From NCBI RefSeq assembly GCF_024223415.1, contig NZ_CP100503.1: a stretch of 64,000 bases of DNA; one strand, written 5' to 3'. Source of the DNA: Escherichia coli. Lineage in GTDB: Bacteria > Pseudomonadota > Gammaproteobacteria > Enterobacterales > Enterobacteriaceae. The translations under genes were made by a program, and so were the position numbers. The notes under the pieces are model-generated. The model searched no databases. It had not been told where the DNA came from and saw only the letters and a program-made list of their open reading frames with translations. Positions 25,968 to 35,178 of this stretch are shown here, one piece after another (position 1 is the stretch's first letter; the number at the start of each line of letters is the position of its first letter).

Positions 25968-26327
25968 ATGAACATTAAACCTATCCGTACAGAACAAGAT
26001 TATCAGGCCGCACTACGCGCGGTCGAACCTATGTTCGATAACGAACCGGAAATGAACACCCCGGAAGGTGATTTCTTTGAGATAATGTGCCTGCTTATTG
26101 AAGAGTATGAAAAAAGACATTACCCAATTGAACCGCCTACACCCATTGAAGCGATTAAGTTCCGTATGGAACAGCAAGGGTTGACAGTGAAAGATCTGGA
26201 ACCGGCGATTGGTAAGTCGAACCGTGTTTACGAAGTTCTGAATGGAACGCGAAATTTAACGTTACCAATGATTAGGCGTTTGCACGTACAGTTTGGCATT
26301 CCTCTCGAAAGTCTGGTTGGTGTGTGA
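25968..26327 (+). CDS. higA: HigA-like HTH (XRE-family) antitoxin (119 aa)
   Basis: C-terminal helix-turn-helix (…LEPAIGKSNRVYEVLNGTRNLTLPMIRRL…); 3-bp gap after toxin gene. Confidence 0.6.
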   Translation: MNIKPIRTEQDYQAALRAVEPMFDNEPEMNTPEGDFFEIMCLLIEEYEKRHYPIEPPTPIEAIKFRMEQQGLTVKDLEPAIGKSNRVYEVLNGTRNLTLPMIRRLHVQFGIPLESLVGV

Positions 26328-26333
26328 CTTAAA

Positions 26334-27386
26334 ATGTCTAATGTCCTGACCGTACACCAAAATTTGCCTGCATTACCGGTCGATGCAACGAGTGATGAGG
26401 TTCGCAAGAACCTGATGGACATGTTCAGGGATCGCCAGGCGTTTTCTGAGCATACCTGGAAAATGCTTCTGTCCGTTTGCCGGTCGTGGGCGGCATGGTG
26501 CAAGTTGAATAACCGGAAATGGTTTCCCGCAGAACCTGAAGATGTTCGCGATTATCTTCTATATCTTCAGGCGCGCGGTCTGGCAGTAAAAACTATCCAG
26601 CAACATTTGGGCCAGCTAAACATGCTTCATCGTCGGTCCGGGCTGCCACGACCAAGTGACAGCAATGCTGTTTCACTGGTTATGCGGCGGATCCGAAAAG
26701 AAAACGTTGATGCCGGTGAACGTGCAAAACAGGCTCTAGCGTTCGAACGCACTGATTTCGACCAGGTTCGTTCACTCATGGAAAATAGCGATCGCTGCCA
26801 GGATATACGTAATCTGGCATTTCTGGGGATTGCTTATAACACCCTGTTACGTATAGCCGAAATTGCCAGGATCAGGGTTAAAGATATCTCACGTACTGAC
26901 GGTGGGAGAATGTTAATCCATATTGGCAGAACGAAAACGCTGGTTAGCACCGCAGGTGTAGAGAAGGCACTTAGCCTGGGGGTAACTAAACTGGTTGAGC
27001 GATGGATTTCTGTCTCTGGTGTAGCTGATGATCCGAATAACTACCTGTTTTGCCGCGTCAGAAAAAATGGTGTTGCCGCGCCATCACCCACCAGCCAGCT
27101 ATCAACTCGCGCCCTGGAAGGGATTTTTGAAGCAACTCACCGATTGATTTACGGGGCTAAGGATGACTCTGGCCAGAGGTACCTGGCCTGGTCTGGACAC
27201 AGTGCCCGTGTCGGAGCCGCGCGAGATATGGCCCGCGCCGGAGTTTCAATACCGGAGATCATGCAAGCTGGTGGCTGGACCAACGTAAATATTGTCATGA
27301 ACTATATCCGTAACCTGGATAGTGAAACAGGGGCAATGGTGCGCCTGCTGGAAGTTGACATCCTCCCCCACCTTCGCACTTCGTGA
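26334..27386 (+). CDS. cre: Cre tyrosine recombinase with IS-altered C-terminus (350 aa vs 343 in P1)
   Basis: MSNVLTVHQNLPALPVDATSDEVRKNLMDMFRDRQAFSEHTWK... matches P1 Cre through ...MVRLLE; last residues VDILPHLRTS are encoded by the inserted IS end. Confidence 0.9.
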   Translation: MSNVLTVHQNLPALPVDATSDEVRKNLMDMFRDRQAFSEHTWKMLLSVCRSWAAWCKLNNRKWFPAEPEDVRDYLLYLQARGLAVKTIQQHLGQLNMLHRRSGLPRPSDSNAVSLVMRRIRKENVDAGERAKQALAFERTDFDQVRSLMENSDRCQDIRNLAFLGIAYNTLLRIAEIARIRVKDISRTDGGRMLIHIGRTKTLVSTAGVEKALSLGVTKLVERWISVSGVADDPNNYLFCRVRKNGVAAPSPTSQLSTRALEGIFEATHRLIYGAKDDSGQRYLAWSGHSARVGAARDMARAGVSIPEIMQAGGWTNVNIVMNYIRNLDSETGAMVRLLEVDILPHLRTS

Positions 27387-27405
27387 CTCAGGAGGGGGAT
27401 TCCCA

Positions 27406-28638
27406 TTAGTGGGTGACGGCTGATTGCTCAGCGTCTGGTTCCTGCTTCAACGGGCGGTCTGACTGCACCGTCCCTCCACAGGCAAGTACGGCGTGCCCCG
27501 CCGCTAAAATGTTGCGAGCGCCGTTTACATCGGCGTTCGCTGTATATCCACAAGCCCGACACACGAATTTACTTTGTGTCAGGCGGTTTTCTTTCGCTGT
27601 ATGACCACAGCACGCGCAACGCTGGCTTGTGTACGCTGGCGGAACAGCAAGCACCTGACCACCACGCCAGAGCTGCTTGTACTCAAGCTGGCGGCGCATT
27701 TCATACCAGCCCTGATCCAGTATCGAACGGTTTAAACCTGATTTTGCCCGGACATTGCGCCCCGGCTGGCTGACCGTACCCGCTGCTGACTTTGACATGT
27801 TGCTGACCTTCAAATCCTCAATGACTATCATTGCGTGGTTTTTGCTGACGGTCGTTGTGACTTTGTGAAGGTAGTCCCTGCGGATATTTGCAATACGGGA
27901 ATGCAGTTGCTGTATTTTGCGTTTCTGCTTCTGCCAGTTGTTGCTGAATTTGACCCTGCGGCTTAACTGTCGCTGAAGTCTCGCCAGCTTCTTCTGGTTT
28001 TTCTGAAAACTGTTTACAGGTTCAAAGACTGTGCCATCTGACAGCGTGGCGAGTTTAGCCACGCCAGCATCCAGACCGACTATCGTTGTGCTTGTGTGAT
28101 TTGGTTCTGCCGTTTCAATTTCAACCTGAAACGAGATATACCACTGTCCCGCTAACTGACTGATTGTCGCATTTTTGATTTTACCGTTCACACGTTGAGA
28201 TTGCCGGAATTTTACCCACCCAAGACCTGACGGTAGCTTCACTCTGCGATTTTCAAGGCAGCAATATTTCTCAAAGTTCACAAAACGGATTGAGTCTCTG
28301 CCCTCATTTTTTCGTTTCCATACCGGAGCCTTAGCTGCGAGCTTTTTATCAAAACAACGTTTCCATGCGGTATGCAGGTCTTTCAGCTTTTGTTGCAGAT
28401 TGTCGGTATAAGCATCCTGTAAGAAGATATATTCCGGCATTTTTTTCCACACTGTAATCATCCGGTTCAACTCGAAAGCCGAAGGTAACTTTTCGCCTGA
28501 GCCAAGTACGCGCTTTGTCTCCGCAAGACCTAAATTCCAGACAAAACGGGCGCAACCACATAACTGCCGCAAACGCTGCGACTGTTCATGCGTTGGTTCC
28601 AGTCTGAATTTGTAGGCTTTCAGGATTAGCATCATCAT
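27406..28638 (-). CDS. tnpB: TnpB (RuvC-like, RNA-guided nuclease family) of IS-A (410 aa)
   Basis: RuvC motifs ([29 protein letters not shown]) and CxxC...CxxC zinc finger; C-terminal half near-identical to the IS-B TnpB. Confidence 0.85.
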   Translation of the reverse strand: MMMLILKAYKFRLEPTHEQSQRLRQLCGCARFVWNLGLAETKRVLGSGEKLPSAFELNRMITVWKKMPEYIFLQDAYTDNLQQKLKDLHTAWKRCFDKKLAAKAPVWKRKNEGRDSIRFVNFEKYCCLENRRVKLPSGLGWVKFRQSQRVNGKIKNATISQLAGQWYISFQVEIETAEPNHTSTTIVGLDAGVAKLATLSDGTVFEPVNSFQKNQKKLARLQRQLSRRVKFSNNWQKQKRKIQQLHSRIANIRRDYLHKVTTTVSKNHAMIVIEDLKVSNMSKSAAGTVSQPGRNVRAKSGLNRSILDQGWYEMRRQLEYKQLWRGGQVLAVPPAYTSQRCACCGHTAKENRLTQSKFVCRACGYTANADVNGARNILAAGHAVLACGGTVQSDRPLKQEPDAEQSAVTH

Positions 28639-28690
28639 TCAGTGTGTAGTAGATTTTCTTGCAATATTACTGTTTTTACGGCCAACCTCA

Positions 28691-29095
28691 ATGCAAAAAT
28701 ACAAAATCAATCGTTCAAGACATGCTGCCTTCCTTTTGCATGTTCATCTTGTCTTTGTAACAAAATACCGTCGAAAGATACTGGGAGAGTTACACTGTGC
28801 AGCATTCCATCAGTATGCAGCAGAAGTCTGCCGTGACTTTGGGGCAGAACTTAAAGAAAGTAACGGAGATGTCGATCATGTCCACATGCTGATCGAATAC
28901 CCACCAACAGTGCAGCTTTCGGTACTGGTTAACTCACTGAAAGCAGTGACATCCCGCCGTCTGCGAAACGAATTTCTTGATTTGCGGGGGGCATACGGAA
29001 AAGCCGTGCTCTGGTCGAGGTCATACTTTGCTGGCTCCTGCGGAGGTGCGCCGCTGGAAGTTGTGAAGCAATATATTCAACATCAGCGAGGCTGA
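28691..29095 (+). CDS. tnpA: TnpA Y1 (HUH) transposase of IS-A (134 aa)
   Basis: HVHLVF (HUH) motif and IS200-like size. Confidence 0.8.
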   Translation: MQKYKINRSRHAAFLLHVHLVFVTKYRRKILGELHCAAFHQYAAEVCRDFGAELKESNGDVDHVHMLIEYPPTVQLSVLVNSLKAVTSRRLRNEFLDLRGAYGKAVLWSRSYFAGSCGGAPLEVVKQYIQHQRG

Positions 29096-29200
29096 GCACC
29101 CTTCGGGCTTTTCAAGCCCGTCCAAATTCCCCTGCCGCCTTATGTCGGCGGGAGTACCCTTTGGAAGTTAAGATGGCGATTAGCCATTAACGCGTAAATG

Positions 29201-29217
29201 ATTGCTCTAATTCTTTG
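29201..29217 (+). promoter_or_regulatory. C1-operator-like motif ATTGCTCTAATTCTTTG
   Basis: Partial consensus match upstream of 29234 ORF; similar site at about 29677-29693. Confidence 0.4.
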
Positions 29218-29233
29218 ATATTTATGGTGACAT

Positions 29234-29545
29234 ATGAGAAAGGATTTCAACATCGACGGAAAATATGTAGTGCTGTCTGTAAGCACTAATATTCAGTCGC
29301 CAGCCGTCATTGTCACTGTAAAGCTGAGCGATAGAATACCTGATATTGACTCAATATCCGTTGCGTTCCCTGTCAAAAGTATTCGTAGTGCTGAACATTT
29401 CGTGATGAATGCCACCGAGGAAGAAGCACGGCGCGGTTTTGCTAAAGTGATGTCTGAGTTTGGCGAACTCTTGGGTAAGGTTAACAATGTCCTTTCAATC
29501 AGTTCAGCAAGGTCCAAAGCGTTAACAGCTTCCATGATGAAATAA
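29234..29545 (+). CDS. Hypothetical protein (103 aa)
   Basis: ORF with upstream operator-like motif; no motif recognised. Confidence 0.35.
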   Translation: MRKDFNIDGKYVVLSVSTNIQSPAVIVTVKLSDRIPDIDSISVAFPVKSIRSAEHFVMNATEEEARRGFAKVMSEFGELLGKVNNVLSISSARSKALTASMMK

Positions 29546-29569
29546 AAAAAGCCTGGCAAGGAGCCAGGC
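29544..29569 (-). terminator. Rho-independent terminator candidate for ant paralog ii (A-run, GCCTGGC-loop-GCCAGGC on plus)
   Basis: 7-bp stem; T-run follows on minus strand. Confidence 0.5.
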
Positions 29570-29759
29570 TGCACAAAAGAGCGGGTTTGTATTCCGCATC
29601 CAATCAATCAAGAAGGAGTATAGCACACAGGTACTGAAGTGAAAAAATGTGATTCGCGATTAACAAAATATCTACCATTGCTCTAATTGATTGATATAAT
29701 TAAGCCGCAGTTTTTGTCAACTACGAAGACATTGCCATTATAGACTCCGTGACATCATT

Positions 29760-29783
29760 GGCGGCCGAAAGGCCGCCTTTTTT
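29760..29783 (+). terminator. Rho-independent terminator candidate (GGCGGCC-GAAA-GGCCGCC-T6)
   Basis: GC-rich 7-bp stem, tetraloop, T6. Confidence 0.55.
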
Positions 29784-29785
29784 AA

Positions 29786-30850
29786 TCATTCAGCCGCCAC
29801 AGGTTTTAACAAGCCAGCATCGAGCAGTTTACGCGTCAACCACTGCTGGCCTTTCCCCGTTAATTGGGGCGTCAGCCGTATCTGGTAGCCCTCTTCATCA
29901 TCCAGCACCACTTCTTTCACTGTGAAATATCCGGCGTTTATGTACTGCTGGAACGGTACATTTTTACGTCCACCGGACGCTATCAGGATGCCGTTCTCCC
30001 GTAACCAGGCAAACAGCGCGTTTTGCTTAAGTCCAACAACCTTTGCAAAATTCCCAATCAGGATTCCATTAGCCACTGATACCCGGTCGGCAAAATCGAC
30101 TTTAGGAGCGGCGGCCACCAGCTGCTGATTTAGCTGGTGGGCTTTCTGTTCCAGAAGTTGCTTTTGTTCAGCCAACTCGGCAGCCAGGCGGAGGGCTTCG
30201 GGGAGTGTCTGGGGGATCGCTGGAGAAGCAGCGCTAACCTGCTGCAACTCCTCCAGCTTGTCGATCAACGAACGGCGGACCGCTTTTGACTCGCGCGCGG
30301 CAACTCGCAGGGCTTGTTTGTAGGTCATGGTTATGACCTCAAAAGAGCGCCCAGCCCTTGTGCCATGGGATTTTACGAAAGTTTCGTAAAATTCCCCATC
30401 AAGTTCATCCTTAATTCTATTGAGAAAATCGTTATTGCGGATCTCATTTTCCCCACATAGCTTGCGCGCCTCATTGACCATCTTTAACAGTGTCTGGCTG
30501 TCGATTGTGTCGCCCGTACTGGGGATAACATCCATGGCTGGTAGTGGTGTGGATTCTATCAAAGGCTTTGTAACGACAACATCTGGTTTGCTTGCTTTCA
30601 TTCTGTGTGCCTCCTTGCGTGCTTCGGCGGTTACGGTTGCATAATCAAGACGACCCTGTTCGAGCAGGTATTCACGGATATCAGTTAGCAGAATGCGGTG
30701 AACCGCGTTCTTGTCCTTTCTCCGGTAAAGTTGTTTGGTGATCATGAAGTAGTTGGCTATAACACCAGGAATGTCCCTGGCGCTGATACAGATTGTGTGC
30801 TGTTCAATAGCCTCGATCATTTCTTCACGGGTAACTAATGACGTTCTCAT
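29786..30850 (-). CDS. ant: Antirepressor Ant-like protein, paralog ii (354 aa; Rha-like central domain)
   Basis: Shares N- and C-terminal domains with paralogs i and iii; different central domain; coupled to icd. Confidence 0.65.
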   Translation of the reverse strand: MRTSLVTREEMIEAIEQHTICISARDIPGVIANYFMITKQLYRRKDKNAVHRILLTDIREYLLEQGRLDYATVTAEARKEAHRMKASKPDVVVTKPLIESTPLPAMDVIPSTGDTIDSQTLLKMVNEARKLCGENEIRNNDFLNRIKDELDGEFYETFVKSHGTRAGRSFEVITMTYKQALRVAARESKAVRRSLIDKLEELQQVSAASPAIPQTLPEALRLAAELAEQKQLLEQKAHQLNQQLVAAAPKVDFADRVSVANGILIGNFAKVVGLKQNALFAWLRENGILIASGGRKNVPFQQYINAGYFTVKEVVLDDEEGYQIRLTPQLTGKGQQWLTRKLLDAGLLKPVAAE

Positions 30851-31068
30851 AGCCCCTCCTGAGCAGAAGCGTTAACAGGGAGGCACCAGTAACTGAGAGA
30901 GTTGCGCGAGTCAGTAGAAAAGCGTGCAGAGAAAATGCAGGGAGCGTCAGGAAGCTGAGAACGGGCCTCATCTTCTGTTGGTGCAATGACGAAGTGATAG
31001 TGACGTTTTTGACAAGAATAGAAGCGCCAGATAAATTCCGGGCGTGCGCAAGGATTGGCATTAACCAT
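30847..31068 (-). CDS. icd: Icd-like protein (73 aa), module ii
   Basis: MVNANPCARPEFIWRFYSCQKRHYHF...; ATGA overlap with ant. Confidence 0.6.
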   Translation of the reverse strand: MVNANPCARPEFIWRFYSCQKRHYHFVIAPTEDEARSQLPDAPCIFSARFSTDSRNSLSYWCLPVNASAQEGL

Positions 31069-31118
31069 AGTTACGGCCTCACAAGTTGAATTAACAACCT
31101 GCTACCCGCTGTCAAACA

Positions 31119-31195
31119 GGTGGCAGGACGTGACAGGGTTGACAGACTGGCACTTGTGAAACCAGCAGGCCGAAGCCTCCCCATCACGCCCCACC
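31119..31195 (-). ncRNA. c4: c4-like antisense repressor RNA, module ii (about 77 nt)
   Basis: Same scaffold as module iii but a'/b' are CTGTCAA/CACAAGT, with matching targets TTGACAG/ACTTGTG. Confidence 0.6.
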
Positions 31196-31385
31196 ATAAT
31201 TCGGGCGTAACGCGGTTTTACGGACACAAAAATACCGCAATAACGGAGTGATGCGGTTGTCCGCACAAGTATTCAGGCTGTCAAACCCGGTCGCAGAATT
31301 TGCTACGACGCAGGAACTATAAGCCTGAACGACGGGAAGATCAATAGTCTGGCGTCCAATAGTAGTTTATTTGTTCCAATAAATC

Positions 31386-31402
31386 AAATTTATTAGAGCA
31401 AT
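31386..31402 (-). promoter_or_regulatory. C1 operator, exact consensus on minus strand (ATTGCTCTAATAAATTT)
   Basis: Exact 17-bp match; precedes c4/icd/ant module ii. Confidence 0.6.
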
Positions 31403-31633
31403 ACAATCTGGTTGAATGTTTCCTCTCCGAGGTTGCAATGTGCACACTTATTGTTTTATTTGTATGCACTAATAAATATATTATTTTTAATAATAAATAA
31501 TTGACAACTGACAAGTGACTTCAGTCAGAATCATCACACGCCCGGTACGGATGGATCCCTTTTCAAATATTCCATGGACGGCACAGTCTGAGTACCGGGC
31601 GCTACCTTCAGTTGTATTGCTAAGCCGCCGCTG

Positions 31634-32302
31634 GTGGCTTTTCTTTTTTGTAGGGGCGCTATGGATAAGAAAATATGCGTTGTTTCAATGTGCGTCGGCA
31701 AACCGGCGTCAATGACTGCTGCATGGATCAACAATGAGCTGATCATGGCTGAGCGGACCAGCTACCCTGAACGCCGCCGCGATATGGAACTCCAGCTGCT
31801 GCGCGAATTGCGAGAAAAAGAGGAAAAGGGTTTTATCGTGCTGGTGGAAGAGGAAAACAGCTTTATTACCGGTCGAGTTGGCCAGCGTGTAAGGTTGCGT
31901 GATCCCTTCATGAACGGCAGACCGGTACTGATTGAAGCAATGCAGATTTACAAGGAATTGGAACGCCAGAAAGCGATCAAGTTACCGCGCAAGGAATCCG
32001 GCAAATACATCCTTCACCAAAGCATCTTCGATTCCGAACACGATAAAAAAGGCGATGAATTTTTCAACATCAACTGGAGCGAAATAACGACAGAGCACGT
32101 TCTGACGTTGTTATGCTGCTTCGCAACGGAATATAACAACGTTGCAAGCGCCGACTACATCAGGGCAATGGCTGGAGAAGTTGAGGCACGCCAGGAACCA
32201 TCGTTACTAAGCCCTCTGATTAACATAATTCGCGGCACACAGAGACTTGCGGAAAAAAGCGTTCCACACGGAATCTTAACTGGGAAGGGAAACTATTTTT
32301 AA
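31634..32302 (+). CDS. Hypothetical protein (222 aa; likely start at internal Met MDKKIC...)
   Basis: ORF in an AT-rich island between two inverted immunity modules; no motif recognised. Confidence 0.4.
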   Translation: MAFLFCRGAMDKKICVVSMCVGKPASMTAAWINNELIMAERTSYPERRRDMELQLLRELREKEEKGFIVLVEEENSFITGRVGQRVRLRDPFMNGRPVLIEAMQIYKELERQKAIKLPRKESGKYILHQSIFDSEHDKKGDEFFNINWSEITTEHVLTLLCCFATEYNNVASADYIRAMAGEVEARQEPSLLSPLINIIRGTQRLAEKSVPHGILTGKGNYF

Positions 32303-32335
32303 CATCCCCAAATCCTTTTGGGGAACAACTCATTC

Positions 32336-32653
32336 TTACAATAGCTGCCCCATACATTGTCTCCAGGCACTCCCCTCATTACCGTTATCAAGAAACGTAG
32401 AGGTTGCATAAGGAATGCCTCTGATTTGTGTTGATGTGAATGGACCATCAGACGTCGAAGTTGTGCGCAGTTTTGATGTAAACTCGTAATTTCCACTGAT
32501 GCCTTTCTCTGCCAGAGCTTTTGATTTTGTGATAACTAAATCTGCACATTTCTCTGCGGCTACATATTGCGGGTCTTTTTCAGCTTTTCCGGCACATGCA
32601 GTTATCGTTAAAACGATAGCTGCGGCTAACAAATTACCTAGTTTCATCTGCAT
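32336..32653 (-). CDS. Putative lipoprotein (105 aa)
   Basis: Signal peptide with lipobox LTITAC; convergent with 31634..32302. Confidence 0.5.
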   Translation of the reverse strand: MQMKLGNLLAAAIVLTITACAGKAEKDPQYVAAEKCADLVITKSKALAEKGISGNYEFTSKLRTTSTSDGPFTSTQIRGIPYATSTFLDNGNEGSAWRQCMGQLL

Positions 32654-32752
32654 ACCTTATTAAGTGCATTAAAAACAGTAGGTTGCCAAGGTTTTAAACA
32701 AATTTCAATCCTCCATGACGCTCAATATGAGCAAAAATAACACACAAACATC

Positions 32753-32769
32753 ATTGCTCTAATAAATTT
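32753..32769 (+). promoter_or_regulatory. C1 operator, exact consensus ATTGCTCTAATAAATTT
   Basis: Exact 17-bp match upstream of c4/icd/ant module iii. Confidence 0.6.
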
Positions 32770-32959
32770 GATTTTTTAGGGCAAATAAACTACCATTGCG
32801 CACTGCCCTATTGATCTCCTTACCGTTCAGGCTTATATTCATGCCGTCGTAGCAAATTCTGCGACCGGGTTTAGCAGCCTGAATACTTACGCGGACAACC
32901 GCAGATATCCGATATTGCGGTATTTTCATGTCCGTATAACCGCGTTACGCCCGAATTAT

Positions 32960-33036
32960 GGTGGGGCGTGATGGGGAGGCTTCGGCCTGCTGGTTTCGTA
33001 AGTGCCAGTCTGCTAACCCCGTCACGTCCTGCCACC
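32960..33036 (+). ncRNA. c4: c4-like antisense repressor RNA, module iii (about 77 nt)
   Basis: Carries CGTAAGT (32997) and CTGCTAA (33010) complementary to ACTTACG (32885, 33069) and TTAGCAG (32871, 33039); the last overlaps the icd SD. Confidence 0.6.
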
Positions 33037-33086
33037 TGTTTAGCAGCGGGTCGCAGGTTGTTTTATCAACTTACGAGGCCGTAACT

Positions 33087-33308
33087 ATGGTTAATGCCAA
33101 TCCTTGCGCACGCCCTGAATTTATCTGGCGCTTTTACTCCTGCCAAAAACGTCACTATCACTTCGTTATTGCACCAACAGAAGATGAGGCCCGCTCTCAG
33201 CTTCCTGACGCCCCATGTATTTTCTCTGCCCGCTTTTCCACTGATTCGCGCAACTCTCTCAGTTACTGGTGCCTCCCTGTTAACGCTTCTGCTCAGGAGG
33301 GACTATGA
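33087..33308 (+). CDS. icd: Icd-like protein (73 aa), module iii
   Basis: 73 codons; stop overlaps ant start. Confidence 0.6.
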   Translation: MVNANPCARPEFIWRFYSCQKRHYHFVIAPTEDEARSQLPDAPCIFSARFSTDSRNSLSYWCLPVNASAQEGL

Positions 33309-34417
33309 GAACATCGTTAGTTACCCGTGAAGAGATGATCGAGGCAATTGAACAGCACACTGCCTGTATCAGTACCAGGGATATACCGGGCGTTATTGCC
33401 AACTACTTCATGATCACCAAACAACTTTACCGGAGAAAGGACAAAAACGCGGTTCACCGCATTCTGCTAACCGATATCCGTGAATACCTGCTCGAACAGG
33501 GTCATCTGAATTACGCAACCGTCGCAGCCGAAGCACGCAAGGAGGCACACAGAATGAAAGCAACTAACGTTAAATCAGAAAAAATTTATGCACCTTCAGT
33601 TCAGGAATCGGAACTGGTGGTTGTTCAGAATCAGCCGGATGAAATTCCCGTTCTGGAATGGCAGGGAGTACGTGTCGTGACAACCGAAACTCTTGCTAGA
33701 GGGTATGGGACCGAAACTAATAACATCAAAGTTAACTATACGCGTAATGCTGATCGCTTTGAGGAAGGTAAACATTACTTTCTACTAACTGGTTCAAAAT
33801 TAAAAGAATTGAAGGACAAGGTTACTCAAAGTAACTTAGTCGCACCGCGAGCAAAGCACCTCACTCTCTGGACGGAACGCGGCGCAGCCCGCCACGCTAA
33901 AATGCTCGAAACCGATCAGGCATGGGCATTCTTTGAAAAACTGGAAGACAGCTACTTCCGACAAAAAGAACAGCAACCGATCGCAATCCCCCAGACGCTT
34001 CCTGAAGCTCTGCGCCTGGCTGCCGAACTGGCTGAACAAAAGCAACTTCTGGAACAGAAAGCCCACCAGCTAAATCAGCAGCTGGTGGCCGCAGCCCCTA
34101 AAGTCGAGTTTGCCGACCGGGTATCAGTGGCCAAGGGGATCCTGATTGGGAATTTTGCAAAGGTTGTTGGACTTAAGCAAAACGCGCTGTTTGCCTGGTT
34201 ACGGGAGAACGGCATCCTGATAGCGTCCGGTGGACGTAAAAATGTGCCGTTCCAGCAATACATCAACGCCGGGTATTTCACGGTGAAAGAAGTGGTGCTG
34301 GATGATGAAGATGGCTACCAGATACGGTTGACGCCCCAGCTAACTGGGAAAGGCCAGCAGTGGTTGACGCGTAAACTGCTCGATGCTGGCTTGTTAAAAC
34401 CGGTGGCGGCTGAATAA
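33305..34417 (+). CDS. ant: Antirepressor Ant-like protein, paralog iii (370 aa; AntA/Bro-N-like central domain)
   Basis: Near-identical N/C-terminal domains to paralog i; central domain diverged. Confidence 0.65.
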   Translation: MRTSLVTREEMIEAIEQHTACISTRDIPGVIANYFMITKQLYRRKDKNAVHRILLTDIREYLLEQGHLNYATVAAEARKEAHRMKATNVKSEKIYAPSVQESELVVVQNQPDEIPVLEWQGVRVVTTETLARGYGTETNNIKVNYTRNADRFEEGKHYFLLTGSKLKELKDKVTQSNLVAPRAKHLTLWTERGAARHAKMLETDQAWAFFEKLEDSYFRQKEQQPIAIPQTLPEALRLAAELAEQKQLLEQKAHQLNQQLVAAAPKVEFADRVSVAKGILIGNFAKVVGLKQNALFAWLRENGILIASGGRKNVPFQQYINAGYFTVKEVVLDDEDGYQIRLTPQLTGKGQQWLTRKLLDAGLLKPVAAE

Positions 34418-34459
34418 TGGAAGAATGCCCGGTTGATGCCGGGCAAAAGGGCGGAAAGT

Positions 34460-34708
34460 TTAATCAGCATTCAGGAGCAATGCGTTATCTATGATGATCT
34501 GCTCCCATTCTTCGAATGCCCGGTCGCGGACGCCCTGGGGAACACTGTTAGTTTTGAAATCGACGACCATACGCCATTTCCCGTCCGGACGGTACATGCG
34601 CAGAGCTTTACTTCCCCCTTCCCTGCGCACCTCAACGTTATGCTTGTCAGCAAACTCTTGTAATGCTCGTAGCGTCCCATGCTTTACTGTGTAGTATCGC
34701 TTTTTCAA
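34460..34708 (-). CDS. Small protein (82 aa), Lxc/Bof-like by size and position
   Basis: 82-aa ORF downstream of the darB-like gene and a 146-aa ORF, matching the P1 darB-ulx-lxc order as I recall; sequence not verified. Confidence 0.4.
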   Translation of the reverse strand: MKKRYYTVKHGTLRALQEFADKHNVEVRREGGSKALRMYRPDGKWRMVVDFKTNSVPQGVRDRAFEEWEQIIIDNALLLNAD

Positions 34709-35145
34709 GTTTTCTCTCCAGCCTGTGCCAAGGCTTCAACTTCCAAATCGTAAGACTCAAACTCATAGTCCTGGTCGTCAACTTCTTCAGGCACTGGCAG
34801 TAAGTGCCAGGCTGAGTATATCTGACCATTATCAAAACGCTCCTGGCTGTAGAGCGTCGCGGCTATGAGTGTTAGCGCCGGGCGGTCATAACGGTAAATT
34901 TTGCGAACGTCACGGTCAACGAGACGACCGAAATTACCATAACCGCGCTCCAGTAATAATTTTTTAATTTCCGGCCAGTATGGACCATAGCTGCGGTACA
35001 GGCGGTGATTTTTCAGTAATCGCCCGCGTAGCCCTGACAGGAAGAAATCAACGTATTCGTCTTCTGTCTTTCCTAACAACGCTGTACGGAGTACCGCCTC
35101 AAGATATGTTTTATTCGGTTTTATTGTATCAGATAGTGTGGCCAT
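34705..35145 (-). CDS. Hypothetical protein (146 aa), ulx-position
   Basis: ORF between darB-like gene and 82-aa gene. Confidence 0.4.
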   Translation of the reverse strand: MATLSDTIKPNKTYLEAVLRTALLGKTEDEYVDFFLSGLRGRLLKNHRLYRSYGPYWPEIKKLLLERGYGNFGRLVDRDVRKIYRYDRPALTLIAATLYSQERFDNGQIYSAWHLLPVPEEVDDQDYEFESYDLEVEALAQAGEKT

Positions 35146-35178
35146 ATTATGCGACGCCCGGCGAACCGGGCGCTCCTG

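Larger units (their letters stand above)
27355..29172 (-). mobile_element. IS200/IS605-family element (IS-A) inserted in the last codons of cre
   Basis: Divergent tnpB and tnpA; deleting 27355-29172 joins CTGGAAG to ATGGCGATTAG, restoring the P1-type cre end LEDGD-stop. Boundaries inferred. Confidence 0.7.
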
